Shown: positions 48,243-58,926, counted from the first letter of the stretch. The stretch is 64,000 nucleotides of DNA from Candidatus Limnocylindrales bacterium (GCA_035526025.1 DATLDE010000005.1:125690-189689), one strand, 5' to 3'. A program made the numbers and translations. Notes: generated by a model not told the origin, from the sequence alone.

Positions 48243-49922
48243 ATGAAGACATGGAATATCCTAAAAAATTCAAAAAAAAATGTAGCTGATAATCTCATTG
48301 ATATCTTGCTTGAAAACCGAGGTATTAAAACCAAAATAGAAAAAGAGAATTTTCTAAATCCCCTGCTTGAAGGTGTTACCGTTAAAAGCGTGGGTATTGA
48401 TGAAAAAGAGTTAAAAAAAGCAGTAGCCAGAATTAAAAAGGCACTGAAGAACCAGGAGCAAATGGTCGTATTTGGTGACTATGACGTTGATGGAATAACA
48501 GGCGCTGCGATTATCTGGGAAACTCTTCACGAAATAGGTGGAAAAATCCTTCCCCACATTCCCCATAGAATTGAAGAAGGGTATGGATTATCAATAACCG
48601 GCATCTCCAATATAATAGAAAAACTTCCTGAGATAAAATTAATCATCACAGTAGATAATGGAATTGTCGCCAATGAGGCCGTAGACTATGCAAATTCACA
48701 TGGAATTGACGTGATTATCACAGATCATCATGTCGCATCAGATCACAAACCTAAGGCGCTTGCTATCGTGCATACGACCAAACTTTGCGGAGCAGGAGTT
48801 GGTTATCTCTTATCCAAAGAACTAAAAACAAAGAACCAAGAACCAGAAAACGATGCTCATCTCGAACTTGCAGCTTTAGGAACCGTTGCGGATATGGTGC
48901 CACTAACCAATGAGAACAGAGCAATTGTCAAGCATGGACTCTCAAAAATATGTAATACAAACAGAAAAGGTCTGCAAGAGCTATTCAGACAAGCTGGGCT
49001 TGAAAAAGATACTTTTACACCTTATGAAATTGGGTACATTATTGCACCTCGATTGAATGCTGCAGGCCGCATAGAATCAGGAATGGATAGCCTGCGCCTC
49101 ATTTGCACAAATGATCGAACACGTGCCAAATTGCTAGCAGAAAAACTTGAGCTAATCAACAAAGAACGACAATTAATCTTAAAAGAAATTACAGAACATG
49201 CCATTACATCAGTTCAAAGTACCAAAACAAAAATTAGGAATTTACTATTTATTGCACACGAGACTTACCAACAAGGAGTAATAGGACTGGTTGCGGGGAA
49301 ACTTGTTGAAGAATTTTATAGACCCGCAATTGTTGTTTCAATTGGTAAAAAAATCAGTAAGGCTTCAGCCCGTTCTATAACTGGTTTTAATTTAATTGAG
49401 TTCTTAAGACAACATGCAACAGAATTTATTAACGTAGGGGGCCATCCAATGGCAGCCGGATTTAGCATCGCAACTGAAAAAATTGAATCACTAAAGAAAC
49501 TTCTTGAGAAATCAGCTGATGAAATAATTACTGAAGAAATCCTCAAACGAGCTCTGAAAATTGACTGCATACTGGACTTATCCCTTATTTCAATCGAACT
49601 ATATAAAGAGATACAATCACTTTCTCCTTTTGGCATAGGAAACCCTGAACCTACATTTGCAAGTTACAATGTAACCGTCAAAGATTTCAAACTTCTTGGA
49701 AAAGATAAAACCCATCTCAAGCTACAAATTTACCAAGAACCAAGAACCAAGAACCAAGAACCAAGAACCTTAGAAGCTATTGCTTTTGGAATGGGAGAAC
49801 TGGCTGAGAACCTAAAACAAAATAATAAAATTGATATAGCGTATACTATTGATGAGAACTCCTGGAACGGGAACATTAAATTACAACTTAAGATAAAAGA
49901 CATAAAAATAAATGATAAATAA
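48243..49922 (+). CDS. recJ: Single-stranded-DNA-specific exonuclease RecJ
   Basis: 559 aa; 'GDYDVDGITGAAI' and 'ITDHHV' DHH motifs; DHHA1 'GGHPMAAG'. Confidence 0.85.
   Translation: MKTWNILKNSKKNVADNLIDILLENRGIKTKIEKENFLNPLLEGVTVKSVGIDEKELKKAVARIKKALKNQEQMVVFGDYDVDGITGAAIIWETLHEIGGKILPHIPHRIEEGYGLSITGISNIIEKLPEIKLIITVDNGIVANEAVDYANSHGIDVIITDHHVASDHKPKALAIVHTTKLCGAGVGYLLSKELKTKNQEPENDAHLELAALGTVADMVPLTNENRAIVKHGLSKICNTNRKGLQELFRQAGLEKDTFTPYEIGYIIAPRLNAAGRIESGMDSLRLICTNDRTRAKLLAEKLELINKERQLILKEITEHAITSVQSTKTKIRNLLFIAHETYQQGVIGLVAGKLVEEFYRPAIVVSIGKKISKASARSITGFNLIEFLRQHATEFINVGGHPMAAGFSIATEKIESLKKLLEKSADEIITEEILKRALKIDCILDLSLISIELYKEIQSLSPFGIGNPEPTFASYNVTVKDFKLLGKDKTHLKLQIYQEPRTKNQEPRTLEAIAFGMGELAENLKQNNKIDIAYTIDENSWNGNIKLQLKIKDIKINDK
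49733..49767 (+). repeat. Five tandem copies of heptanucleotide CCAAGAA inside the recJ 3' region
   Basis: ccaagaa x5 followed by cc; encodes 'QEPRTKNQEPRT'; a related 'AAGAACCAAGAACCAGAA' segment occurs at about 48829. Confidence 0.9.
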
Positions 49923-50397
49923 TCCTAAAGCTATAAATAAAATCCGCTTTACAAAAGAAGGCTATTACAAGCTAAAAGAAGAATATGCCGATCTTCTCAG
50001 ACAACGACCGCTTGCCGTTGCGGATTTGAAAAAAGCGCGGGAGATGGGCGATCTTTCTGAGAATGGGTATTACAAAGAATCCAAACTTAAACTTAATTTT
50101 ATTGACGGTAGACTTAGGAGATTTTCGGATTATTTAAAAAGAGCTGACATAGTTGATAACAATGGAACAAAATTGCAAATTGATACAGTGTATATAGGAA
50201 GTACTGTTACATTGGCTGATGAAAAAAAAGAACGCACATACCAAATAGTAGGCGATTTAGAAGCAAATCCAGGGGAGGGTAAGCTTTCGCTTCTCTCACC
50301 TATCGGACGAGCGATTGTAGGGAAAAAACTAAACACTGAAGTTGAGATAGAAACTCCAGCGGGAAAGTTTACCTACAAAATAACCAAAATTTCTTAG
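49912..50397 (+). CDS. greA: Transcription elongation factor GreA
   Basis: 161 aa; 'GDLSENGYYKESKLKLNFIDGRLRRF' GreA N-terminal signature. Confidence 0.85.
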   Translation: MINNPKAINKIRFTKEGYYKLKEEYADLLRQRPLAVADLKKAREMGDLSENGYYKESKLKLNFIDGRLRRFSDYLKRADIVDNNGTKLQIDTVYIGSTVTLADEKKERTYQIVGDLEANPGEGKLSLLSPIGRAIVGKKLNTEVEIETPAGKFTYKITKIS

Positions 50398-50439
50398 CCA
50401 CAGATACAATCATTTGTTGTGGTAGAATATAGTGAATAA

Positions 50440-51564
50440 ATGAAGAAATTTATAGTTGTTATTTTATTGATATTATTGGGAGCAGCTGCATTTAGAGTAT
50501 TTGGGATTGGTAAAACCTCAGTTAGGAAAGTTGCTGAAAATATCGTAGAGCGCGTGGATGAGGAATCGGGCTTAAGTGAGCTAGAAAAAGATATTAATCC
50601 CCTTTCAATAGATGCATTGAAAAATGAAAAATTTATTGGCTCTGAAATAATAATTGAACAAACACTTGAACCGGGAAGCAATCATCAACGATACCTTACC
50701 TCTTATCTTTCAGAAGGGAATAAAATTTTTGCCTTATTAACTGTACCCAATTCTTCGGCAGGTCATTCGACTCTGAGGGACGAGCCCTCAGGCTCAGACT
50801 CGAAGAACTCAGGACAAGTTAAGCCGGAAAAAGGATGGCCAGTAATAGTTTTTAATCATGGATATATCCCACCTGCTGAATACAGAACTACCGAGCGCTA
50901 TCTTGCTTATACCGATGCATTCTCAAGAAATGGATATATTGTCTTTAAATCAGATTACCGGGGCCACGGTAGCTCTGAGGGAGTATCAAGAGGTGGTTAT
51001 GGATCAAATGACTATACGATTGATGTCTTAAATGCGCTTGCTTCAATTAAGAAATATAAAGACGCAGATCCAACAAAGATTGGCATGTGGGGTCATTCAA
51101 TGGGTGGATTTATAGCACTCAGATCTATGGTTGTGAATAAGGATATCAAGGTAGGTGTAATCTGGGCTGGAGTTGTCGCATCATACCCAGATCTTTTAAC
51201 AAGATGGCGAAGAGTAAGCACAACCCCTCCTGCTACCAGTGGGCTATCAATAGGATGGAGAACTCTACTGACTCAAACATATGGTAATCCTGCAAGTAAT
51301 CCTAAATTCTGGAATTCTATATCAGCAAATAACTACCTTTCGGATATTTCAGGACCAATTCAGTTACATCATGGGACAGCAGACACTTCAGTTCCGGTTG
51401 AATTTTCTGAAAAACTTGATAAACAATTAAAAGTAGTTGGTAAGCCAAGTGAGTTGTATATTTATGAAGGTGATGATCATAATCTCTCAATAAATTTGGG
51501 GGTAGCACTTGAACGCTCTGTTGAATATTTTGATAAAGTATTAAAACCCAGTCAGGAATTATGA
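50440..51564 (+). CDS. Secreted alpha/beta hydrolase (S9 peptidase / dienelactone-hydrolase-like)
   Basis: 374 aa; N-terminal TM/signal; 'IGMWGHSMGG' nucleophile elbow; C-terminal 'HHGTADTSVP'. Confidence 0.6.
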   Translation: MKKFIVVILLILLGAAAFRVFGIGKTSVRKVAENIVERVDEESGLSELEKDINPLSIDALKNEKFIGSEIIIEQTLEPGSNHQRYLTSYLSEGNKIFALLTVPNSSAGHSTLRDEPSGSDSKNSGQVKPEKGWPVIVFNHGYIPPAEYRTTERYLAYTDAFSRNGYIVFKSDYRGHGSSEGVSRGGYGSNDYTIDVLNALASIKKYKDADPTKIGMWGHSMGGFIALRSMVVNKDIKVGVIWAGVVASYPDLLTRWRRVSTTPPATSGLSIGWRTLLTQTYGNPASNPKFWNSISANNYLSDISGPIQLHHGTADTSVPVEFSEKLDKQLKVVGKPSELYIYEGDDHNLSINLGVALERSVEYFDKVLKPSQEL

Positions 51565-52535
51565 TTGACTATTCTAAATTTCCGCAAAACCCTCCACGGA
51601 AAAGAAATAACAGTTCAAAGCTATATTTATTTTTTTTCCTTGCCTTAATGATGATAATATACGTATATGTTTTTATCCCTTATAAAAATTCCGAAAAAGC
51701 TTCAAATTTCATAAGCCCTCTTGCAAATGGAATAATCGAAAGAGGTGTTGAATTTTTAAATCCGGAAGAAAATAGCATATCTCTTGAAAAAATAGTTCAG
51801 GATGAATTGAAAAACGCCAAAGGAGACTATGCAGTTGCAATTAAAAATCTAAAAACTGGTGAAAGATATTACTTTAATGAACACGAAGTTTTTGATGCGG
51901 CGAGTCTATATAAGCTTTTTGTTATGGCAACTGTTTTTCAAAAAATTCAGAATGGTGATTTGACAAAAAACCAGATGTTGTCCCAAAAAATTCCTGAACT
52001 AAATACAAAATTCAGAATCGCATCTGAATCAGCAGAGTTAAAAGAAGGTAGCATAACACTCCCTGTCCAAAGCGCACTATCCCGAATGATAACTATTTCA
52101 GATAATTATTCTGCCCTCCTTTTGGCTGAAAATGTCAAGCTTTCAAACGTATCATCTTTTTTGAAAAAAAATAAATTTTTAGAATCAAGGGTGGGAACTA
52201 GAGGCGAAGCACCAGCCACAACAGCTTTTGATATAACATCTTTTTTTGAAAAACTCTATAAAGGAGATCTCGCATCTCCTGAGCTAACTACTGATATGTT
52301 ATCTCTACTGAAAAGCCAAAAATTAAATAATAAAATTCCAAAATATCTCCCCAAAAATGTAGTTACTGCTCACAAGACAGGAGAGCTCGGAAGGCTGTCT
52401 CATGACGCAGGAATAATTTACACGCCGAAAGGGGATTATATTTTAGTTATATTAACGGATACTGAAAAACCCACTGACGCGAATGAAAAAATTGCTCTCA
52501 TCTCCAAAGCAATTTTTGATTACTTTACAAAATAA
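51561..52535 (+). CDS. Class A beta-lactamase-like serine hydrolase
   Basis: 324 aa; 'AASLYKLFV' (SxxK), 'ISDNYSA' (SDN), 'HKTGELG' (KTG); N-terminal TM; 4-nt overlap with upstream hydrolase. Confidence 0.6.
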   Translation: MIDYSKFPQNPPRKRNNSSKLYLFFFLALMMIIYVYVFIPYKNSEKASNFISPLANGIIERGVEFLNPEENSISLEKIVQDELKNAKGDYAVAIKNLKTGERYYFNEHEVFDAASLYKLFVMATVFQKIQNGDLTKNQMLSQKIPELNTKFRIASESAELKEGSITLPVQSALSRMITISDNYSALLLAENVKLSNVSSFLKKNKFLESRVGTRGEAPATTAFDITSFFEKLYKGDLASPELTTDMLSLLKSQKLNNKIPKYLPKNVVTAHKTGELGRLSHDAGIIYTPKGDYILVILTDTEKPTDANEKIALISKAIFDYFTK

Positions 52536-52560
52536 TATTTAATTATTATTTAAGTAAAAT

Positions 52561-53598
52561 CTAATGAAGGGATTTTACTTTTTCCAGCGGCCATTTAATA
52601 CCCATCTTATCAGCAGCAAGCCAAAAGTCTGAACCCCAAAGACTGACTGTACTACAGCCTGACTTGTTGATGTATTTGTGAAAAGTCTTATCCAATGAAT
52701 CATTTGCATATTTTAATACTCTTTCATTTGGATTTTCAGATTCATTGATCAACTGATACCATGATTGCCCACTTCCCCATGGCTGTGCCTCAACTTCAGC
52801 GAAATACATTTCACATTTTCCAAATTTTTTTTGAAAAGACTTAAAGAATTGTCGATATGGTAGCAATAAATACAATAATTTTTGTATAAAATATCTTTTC
52901 CAAATAAATTGTGACGGATAAACATCAAAACCGAGTCTACCCCTATCCCCCAGTACGCCCAGAATTTCTCCAAATGTTTTTGATAGTTTGCTTTTTTCAA
53001 TTGCTTCAATATTTGTATTTAGAAGAATGGGCTTGGCAGTATTCGCTTTCAAATACTTTGCGCACTCGATCATGAAAGCGTGTGAAATACATGTTTTTAT
53101 TTTTTCTTTACCTTTTACTTTTTGCGGATCCGGCCATTCATTTGCAAAGTGAAATCCATGAATTCGCGGGTCTTCTCCATAGATTGCAATCTGTTCTTCA
53201 AGAAAACTCATACCATATTTCCAAAGTTGTGACGTAGTATCAAGACATCTCTTGTTATCAAAAACAAAATTTAGCATTTTCTCTGGAAGATAAATTCCTG
53301 GATAATTTGGATACTGAAATGGCCCTATACACAAATCAACTTCTACTTTATTCTTTTTGGAGAGCTTTAGCATTTTATTTATTGCTTCCCAACGAAATAC
53401 TTTACCGTCTGTTGTTAACTCAGATGGATAGATGACCAAACGAATTCCTGAGATTCCAGCTTTTTTTAATTTCTTAATAGACTCATCAATGAGTGCAGTA
53501 TTTTCCTGCCACTTACTATTTGGTGATTTACCCTTTGTCAGAATATAACTTAATTCCCATGCAACTTTTTGAGGGGTAAAAGTGGTCCAGAGTTTCAT
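52561..53598 (-). CDS. TIM-barrel glycoside-hydrolase-like protein (GH5/GH113-like candidate)
   Basis: 345 aa; 'HGFHFANEWPDP' resembles the NEP acid/base motif. Confidence 0.3.
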   Translation of the reverse strand: MKLWTTFTPQKVAWELSYILTKGKSPNSKWQENTALIDESIKKLKKAGISGIRLVIYPSELTTDGKVFRWEAINKMLKLSKKNKVEVDLCIGPFQYPNYPGIYLPEKMLNFVFDNKRCLDTTSQLWKYGMSFLEEQIAIYGEDPRIHGFHFANEWPDPQKVKGKEKIKTCISHAFMIECAKYLKANTAKPILLNTNIEAIEKSKLSKTFGEILGVLGDRGRLGFDVYPSQFIWKRYFIQKLLYLLLPYRQFFKSFQKKFGKCEMYFAEVEAQPWGSGQSWYQLINESENPNERVLKYANDSLDKTFHKYINKSGCSTVSLWGSDFWLAADKMGIKWPLEKVKSLH

Positions 53599-53625
53599 AC
53601 TAGGAGTATACCAAATTTAATAAAA

Positions 53626-54231
53626 CTATTTTGCCATTTTTAAGATTTCTCTCGTAACATCAGGAAGTGAAGTAATACTATCAGCATTATCTACTGGACC
53701 AGAAAAATGGCCCATGCTGTGTTTGATAATAAGTTCAGCGCCCAATTTTTCCTTAAATATATAACCATATTTTAATGAAACATATGGATCATTATCAGAA
53801 TGAATTGCAATATATTTTTTTGCCTTTGTTTTGAGCTTACTCCATAAAATAGGTGATTCAAAGAAATTCTTAAGCTCATCTTCTATTGGATCAACACTTC
53901 GAAGATCATCTGTGAATCCAGCAACAAGTATAACCCCTCCAACTTTTTCGTTTTCATTCAGTTGCTCTAAATACCTTAATATAGCCATGCACCCTATGCT
54001 ATGTCCTACAAGATATAAATTTTCGTTGGGAATTCCTATAGCTTCCTTTAATGTCGGCAGCCAGAGAGATAATTTAGGTAAATTCGTTTCAGGCATTTCG
54101 GGAACAGTTACCTGAAAATTTTGTTGTTCCAATTCTTGTTTTGTTTTAGGATACCAACAATATTCAGGCGTTCCATTCCAGCAGTGAACAATAACAGCAT
54201 GTTTCATTGGACAATTATAACAAAATACCAA
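53626..54231 (-). CDS. Alpha/beta hydrolase, YdeN/RBBP9-like serine hydrolase
   Basis: 201 aa; 'HAVIVHCWNGTPEYCWYP' and 'LYLVGHSIGC' match this family. Confidence 0.55.
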   Translation of the reverse strand: MVFCYNCPMKHAVIVHCWNGTPEYCWYPKTKQELEQQNFQVTVPEMPETNLPKLSLWLPTLKEAIGIPNENLYLVGHSIGCMAILRYLEQLNENEKVGGVILVAGFTDDLRSVDPIEDELKNFFESPILWSKLKTKAKKYIAIHSDNDPYVSLKYGYIFKEKLGAELIIKHSMGHFSGPVDNADSITSLPDVTREILKMAK

Positions 54232-54317
54232 TATATTTTTCTTTTCTACTTCTTACCTTAATATAATGAGCTTCTTATTGAATAATGATTAAATACATGA
54301 ACTAATTTTGAAAGGAG

Positions 54318-54578
54318 GTGAAATTTATGGCAGAAGACAATAGAGGATTCGCATCCCCCAATTATCCCCAAGAAAAAGCACAAAAAGCTCGCCGAAAAGG
54401 AGGGCAAATTTCCTCAAGAAAACAAGATATGAGTAAATTAGGTCAAAAAGGAGGCCAAGCGGCACAACAAAGCGGAAATGCACATCGATTGACAAATGAA
54501 GATCGCAGAAAAGGCGGTGAGCGTTCTTCCCAAAAACAAAACATGAGTGAACTCGGACGCAAAGGAGGAAGCCAATAA
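54318..54578 (+). CDS. KGG-repeat general stress protein (YciG/Con-6-like)
   Basis: 86 aa; three 'RKGGxxSSxKQxMSxLGxKGG' repeats. Confidence 0.7.
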   Translation: MKFMAEDNRGFASPNYPQEKAQKARRKGGQISSRKQDMSKLGQKGGQAAQQSGNAHRLTNEDRRKGGERSSQKQNMSELGRKGGSQ

Positions 54579-54592
54579 TATTGTTCAGATAT

Positions 54593-54627
54593 AAATAGGT
54601 GAGCAAAACTACTTATTCACCTATTTA
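54593..54627. terminator. Bidirectional hairpin between convergent genes
   Basis: 'aaataggtga-gcaaaactacttat-tcacctattt' 10-bp stem. Confidence 0.4.
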
Positions 54628-54653
54628 TATGTACTTATCTAAAAATATAAACA

Positions 54654-55181
54654 CTATTTTAAATGAAGCGGTAGAGGAACTGGGCTAGGTGCAGGATTAA
54701 TGTGAATATTTTGTTCACTTATCATAATTTCTTCAACGAGCAGCATAGTTTTGCTTAATGAAACTTGTAAAATATCTTCGTCTTTGGTACCTAAGTCAAT
54801 AGTTATATGAAAAACACCTCTTTTATCTTTATTCCAGTTCCATTTTGTAATACCATTATGAATAGGGTTTTTCATGCCTAAACTTCGCTTTATCTCCCCA
54901 ATATATTCAAGTAAAATGTGTTCAAAAAGATGACCGAGCTCTGTATTTATTACTTCTTTTTCAAACGGCAAATTATCTTTATTGAAACATTTTGATCTTA
55001 ATGTACTAGGTAATTTTGCTTTAAGGATAGAGAGAGTATATAAAAGATTTTTAGTTGTAAGCTCATCAGAGAAAAAATTAGCTGCTATTCGCGTCGATCT
55101 TCTATTTGAGTCTACGAGGAGATCAAAATAAGGATTTTTGTAATAATTTTTATTTGTAATACTTGCTGTGATTATTGACAT
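54654..55181 (-). CDS. Hypothetical protein
   Basis: 175 aa, no motif. Confidence 0.35.
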   Translation of the reverse strand: MSIITASITNKNYYKNPYFDLLVDSNRRSTRIAANFFSDELTTKNLLYTLSILKAKLPSTLRSKCFNKDNLPFEKEVINTELGHLFEHILLEYIGEIKRSLGMKNPIHNGITKWNWNKDKRGVFHITIDLGTKDEDILQVSLSKTMLLVEEIMISEQNIHINPAPSPVPLPLHLK

Positions 55182-55358
55182 ATTTCTAACGAATTTCTTA
55201 CCTAATATTTACACTACAATATTGCATTTTCCATGTCAATAAGCCTGGAGCGGGTATTTGTTCTATGGAATTTTTTTGGATTTATTAAACCCACAACAAC
55301 TATGCTTAAAAGAATAAATAACATTGAAATTTTCCCCACCGCGTAGTAAGATGCCTAT

Positions 55359-55886
55359 ATGAATAGACGACTCTATATACTTATTCCATTGGTGATACTG
55401 GTTTCAACTGCATTCGCATTTGGCGGCATATCAATCTATAAAAAATTTACAACTCCGCAACCTGTACATTTCCACGCGGGTTTTCAATTATACATCGACG
55501 GAAAGTTGCAAGACTTTTCAGGAGCAAAATACATGAAAGAGGACCCATGCACAGTAGATGATTCAGAACACGGCATTATGGATGAGCAGCTCGAGAAAGC
55601 CCATCTCCACGATAGGACAGGAATCGTTGTGCATTCGCATAGAAAGAATGTACTTTGGTCCGATTTATTTACCAATATTAAATATAAAATTCCAAATGAT
55701 AAAGAAATAAAAAGTTTTGTAAATGGAAAAGAAGTAAAAGAAATATTAAATAATGAAATTAATCCATATGATAGTGTTGTTATTATTCTTGGTGATGATA
55801 AAAAAGTCCAAGAGCTTCTAAAAAAGGCTGTAACAAAAGATCAAATCATAAAAGAGGAGAAAAAAAGCGAATCCTGCGGCTCATGA
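55359..55886 (+). CDS. Hypothetical secreted/membrane-anchored protein
   Basis: 175 aa; N-terminal TM; K/E-rich C-terminal part. Confidence 0.35.
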   Translation: MNRRLYILIPLVILVSTAFAFGGISIYKKFTTPQPVHFHAGFQLYIDGKLQDFSGAKYMKEDPCTVDDSEHGIMDEQLEKAHLHDRTGIVVHSHRKNVLWSDLFTNIKYKIPNDKEIKSFVNGKEVKEILNNEINPYDSVVIILGDDKKVQELLKKAVTKDQIIKEEKKSESCGS

Positions 55887-55888
55887 AT

Positions 55889-56620
55889 CTAACTTGAATT
55901 TAATTCATGAATTATCCTCAATCCCTCAAGAGTAAGAGATTGATTATATTCATCAACCAAAGGTAATTCATCTATAACATTTAAGATATTTCCTCCCGTA
56001 CCTATTATAAATGCGTCAATATATTCTTTTTTTATTCTCTTAAGAATTTCATTAACCAACCCAATGTATCCATAGTAAATTCCGGACCTCATTGAATCAA
56101 CTGTATTTTTTCCAATTATCTTTTCAGGTTTTTCAATTTCGACCTTGGGCAAAAGAGCTGTACTTTCGCTCAAAGTTTTTGACATTGACTGTAGTCCCCC
56201 TGCGATAACAGCGCCTGTAAATTCTCCTTCTTGTGAGAGCAGACAAAAAGTAGTTGCTGTTCCGCTATCAAGAACTATGACTGGTTTTTTGTATTGATCA
56301 TAAGCTGCAACTATATTTGCAATCAAATCCGCGCCCACCTTATCAGGATTATCAACAGATATTCTTATTGGAAGTTTTAACTTACTATTTACAACTATTG
56401 GTATAGGTAAATTTAACTTTTTAATTAGGCTTTTGATTATAGGCGTAATTTGCGGTACAACACTTGCAATAATTACGCCATCTATTTTACTAAATTTTAA
56501 TATTTTTTTTTCTAGTTCTTCATGCTCATTTTTACTAATTTTCCACATCTCCAAAATTTTAGATCCATCAAAAATCCCCCCTGTTATATTTGTATTTCCG
56601 ATATTAATTGCTATCAGCAT
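55889..56620 (-). CDS. coaX: Type III pantothenate kinase
   Basis: 243 aa; 'MLIAINIGNTNITGG', 'VLDSGTATTF', 'IIGTGGN' ASKHA motifs. Confidence 0.75.
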   Translation of the reverse strand: MLIAINIGNTNITGGIFDGSKILEMWKISKNEHEELEKKILKFSKIDGVIIASVVPQITPIIKSLIKKLNLPIPIVVNSKLKLPIRISVDNPDKVGADLIANIVAAYDQYKKPVIVLDSGTATTFCLLSQEGEFTGAVIAGGLQSMSKTLSESTALLPKVEIEKPEKIIGKNTVDSMRSGIYYGYIGLVNEILKRIKKEYIDAFIIGTGGNILNVIDELPLVDEYNQSLTLEGLRIIHELNSS

Positions 56621-56679
56621 AAGCCCTATTATAGTACAAAACGCTGTGATTTATATTTAAAATGTTAGAATAGACGTCC

Positions 56680-57468
56680 ATGATAAAAATACTAAATATC
56701 TATAAACCAATTGGTCTTAGGCCTTTACAACTTATAAATATTCTAAGAGCCAGACATAAAGAGTATCAGAGTATTAAAATTGGCTTTGCAGGGCGTCTTG
56801 ATCCACTAGCTCATGGGGTAATGCTTCTTATGCTTGGTGACGAAACAAAAAATAGAGACAAGTATTTAAGTCTTACAAAAGAATATGAATTTGAAGTTTT
56901 ATTTGGTATGTCGACAGATACTTATGATTCACTTGGATTGCTAAATAATTTAGCAATAAAGCAATTTAACAATTCGGCTTTTACTAGAGTAGATCTTGAA
57001 AAACAGATTAATCAATTTATCAGAACCAAACTCGGTCGACAACACCAACCCTACCCTCCTTATTCTTCAAAAGAAGTAAACGGCAAACCACTATTTCAAT
57101 GGGCAAGAGAAAAAAAATTATCTGTAATTGAAATACCCTGTCGAGAAACTGAAATTTATGAATTTGAGCAATTAAGTATAGCAAGCAAATCCTCCGATAA
57201 AATAAAAAGAATAATTTTTGAAAATATCGAAAAAGTTAACGGTGATTTTAGACAAGACACTATAATTAAACAATGGCAAGACTTTTTTTACTCAAACAAT
57301 AGCGAGCAATTCACAATTGCTAAATTTAGGGTAAGTTGCTCAAGTGGTACTTATGTTCGCTCCATTGCCAATGAGATAGGACAAATAATTGGAGTGGGAG
57401 CAATTGCACTATCAATTCTAAGAACAAAAGTTGGAGAAAATAAACTCGATGATTCACTAATGCTATGA
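56680..57468 (+). CDS. truB: tRNA pseudouridine(55) synthase TruB
   Basis: 262 aa; 'GFAGRLDPLAHGVMLLMLG' catalytic Asp motif. Confidence 0.8.
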   Translation: MIKILNIYKPIGLRPLQLINILRARHKEYQSIKIGFAGRLDPLAHGVMLLMLGDETKNRDKYLSLTKEYEFEVLFGMSTDTYDSLGLLNNLAIKQFNNSAFTRVDLEKQINQFIRTKLGRQHQPYPPYSSKEVNGKPLFQWAREKKLSVIEIPCRETEIYEFEQLSIASKSSDKIKRIIFENIEKVNGDFRQDTIIKQWQDFFYSNNSEQFTIAKFRVSCSSGTYVRSIANEIGQIIGVGAIALSILRTKVGENKLDDSLML

Positions 57469-57929
57469 GTAAGAAATATTTTTATCTCGGTAAAAAATAT
57501 GAGCTGGGTATACGTCTGGGACAAAAAAATATTATTGAGGTAGATGACAAAATCTACCTGGGAATCTCATCCAATAATTCACAATCTTACTTGCTAAGTT
57601 GGTATCGAGAACAAGCAAGAAAAATTATTCTAGAGCGGGTATATCACTACTCATTACGTCATGGCTTACATTTTAATTCTGTGACGGTAGGAAGCGTTGC
57701 AGCGACTACTAGATGGGGATCATGTAGTAGTCAGAAAAATCTAAATTTTAATTGGAAATTGATTATGGCGCCTATTCAAGTAATTGATTATGTTGTTGTT
57801 CACGAACTTTCACATCTTAGTGAACTAAATCACTCAAGAGCATTTTGGGAAAATGTCAGAAAAATGCTCCCCCTGTACAGGGAATACAGACTATGGCTCA
57901 AACGCAACGGCCACATGTTAACTCTCTAG
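57465..57929 (+). CDS. DUF45/YgjP-family metal-dependent hydrolase (SprT/WLM-like)
   Basis: 154 aa; 'YVVVHELSHLSELNHSRAFW' HExxH...NHS motif; 4-nt overlap with truB. Confidence 0.6.
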   Translation: MSKKYFYLGKKYELGIRLGQKNIIEVDDKIYLGISSNNSQSYLLSWYREQARKIILERVYHYSLRHGLHFNSVTVGSVAATTRWGSCSSQKNLNFNWKLIMAPIQVIDYVVVHELSHLSELNHSRAFWENVRKMLPLYREYRLWLKRNGHMLTL

Positions 57930-58261
57930 AAAAACATCCTAAAATCTAACAATATTATGCCAATTAGAGTAATTATGGCGAAGAAACGGACGGCAGACTT
58001 TGCATATTTTTTAGGCAATATCAATTCAAAAAATGGCGTGTAATCTCCTGCAAGCTTTTGAAGATACCCAAATGGACAATTACCCCGATTGAGGAAAATA
58101 ACCAGTCCCTCAATAAATAAGCTTATTATAAAAACATATAGTAAATAACTTGTCTGCTGAATGTAGGCAGAATAATATATGTAGGCTATGCCAGAAACTA
58201 AATATATAACGATTACAAAATGAATTATCCTGAGAACTGATTTATAATGTGATTTCTTCAT
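57926..58261 (-). CDS. Small membrane protein
   Basis: 111 aa; 3 TM helices. Confidence 0.35.
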   Translation of the reverse strand: MKKSHYKSVLRIIHFVIVIYLVSGIAYIYYSAYIQQTSYLLYVFIISLFIEGLVIFLNRGNCPFGYLQKLAGDYTPFFELILPKKYAKSAVRFFAIITLIGIILLDFRMFF

Positions 58262-58278
58262 TAATAGACTTCATTAAG

Positions 58279-58851
58279 TTATGTATTCAGTGATTCCCAT
58301 TCTTCATCTATATTTTCCCATGGAAATATTCTGATTTCATTAGTTATGCCCATTTTCTCTGCTTCAACGTTGGAAATAAATCTTCCTTCATTACTCAATT
58401 CTCCATAAAATATTTGCTCTATGAAGTCCAGTGATTTTATAGACTGATCAATTAAAGCAGAAGCAAAGTAGAGCTTAGCCATTGGATATAAATCATATAC
58501 ATCTGTTATAACTTTAGCTGCAATTTTTTTATGAACTGTATTGGAATCAACAATTAGGATATTGCGATTAGGTGGCAAAGTGAAATTTAACTTGGGAAAA
58601 TCAAATTTTTTTTCAATCTTAATTTCTTGAGAATAGATATATTTATACTGAGCAGGCAATATATTTATAATCTTTAACTTTGATGCTAGATGTAATCCTG
58701 TAAATCCCCCACTTCGCAGGATAGGAACTACCAAATCAATCTTTAAGTTATTCTTAAGTACATACTCTTCAATTTTTTTTGTTAATGTGTTTAGAAGTTC
58801 TCCAAATTCCTGATATGACATCTCTCTTAAATCCTCTCTCTGAATTTTCAT
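58279..58851 (-). CDS. Phosphoribosyltransferase-domain protein (candidate)
   Basis: 190 aa; 'DLVVPILRSGGFTG' and 'ILIVDSNTVHKKIAAKV' resemble the PRTase type I fold. Confidence 0.4.
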   Translation of the reverse strand: MKIQREDLREMSYQEFGELLNTLTKKIEEYVLKNNLKIDLVVPILRSGGFTGLHLASKLKIINILPAQYKYIYSQEIKIEKKFDFPKLNFTLPPNRNILIVDSNTVHKKIAAKVITDVYDLYPMAKLYFASALIDQSIKSLDFIEQIFYGELSNEGRFISNVEAEKMGITNEIRIFPWENIDEEWESLNT

Positions 58852-58926
58852 GAGATTATTATACCAAAAATTTCGGCTGCAAGCCTTAATTTTTGATTTA
58901 TGAAGAATTGATTAAATTGGAAATTC

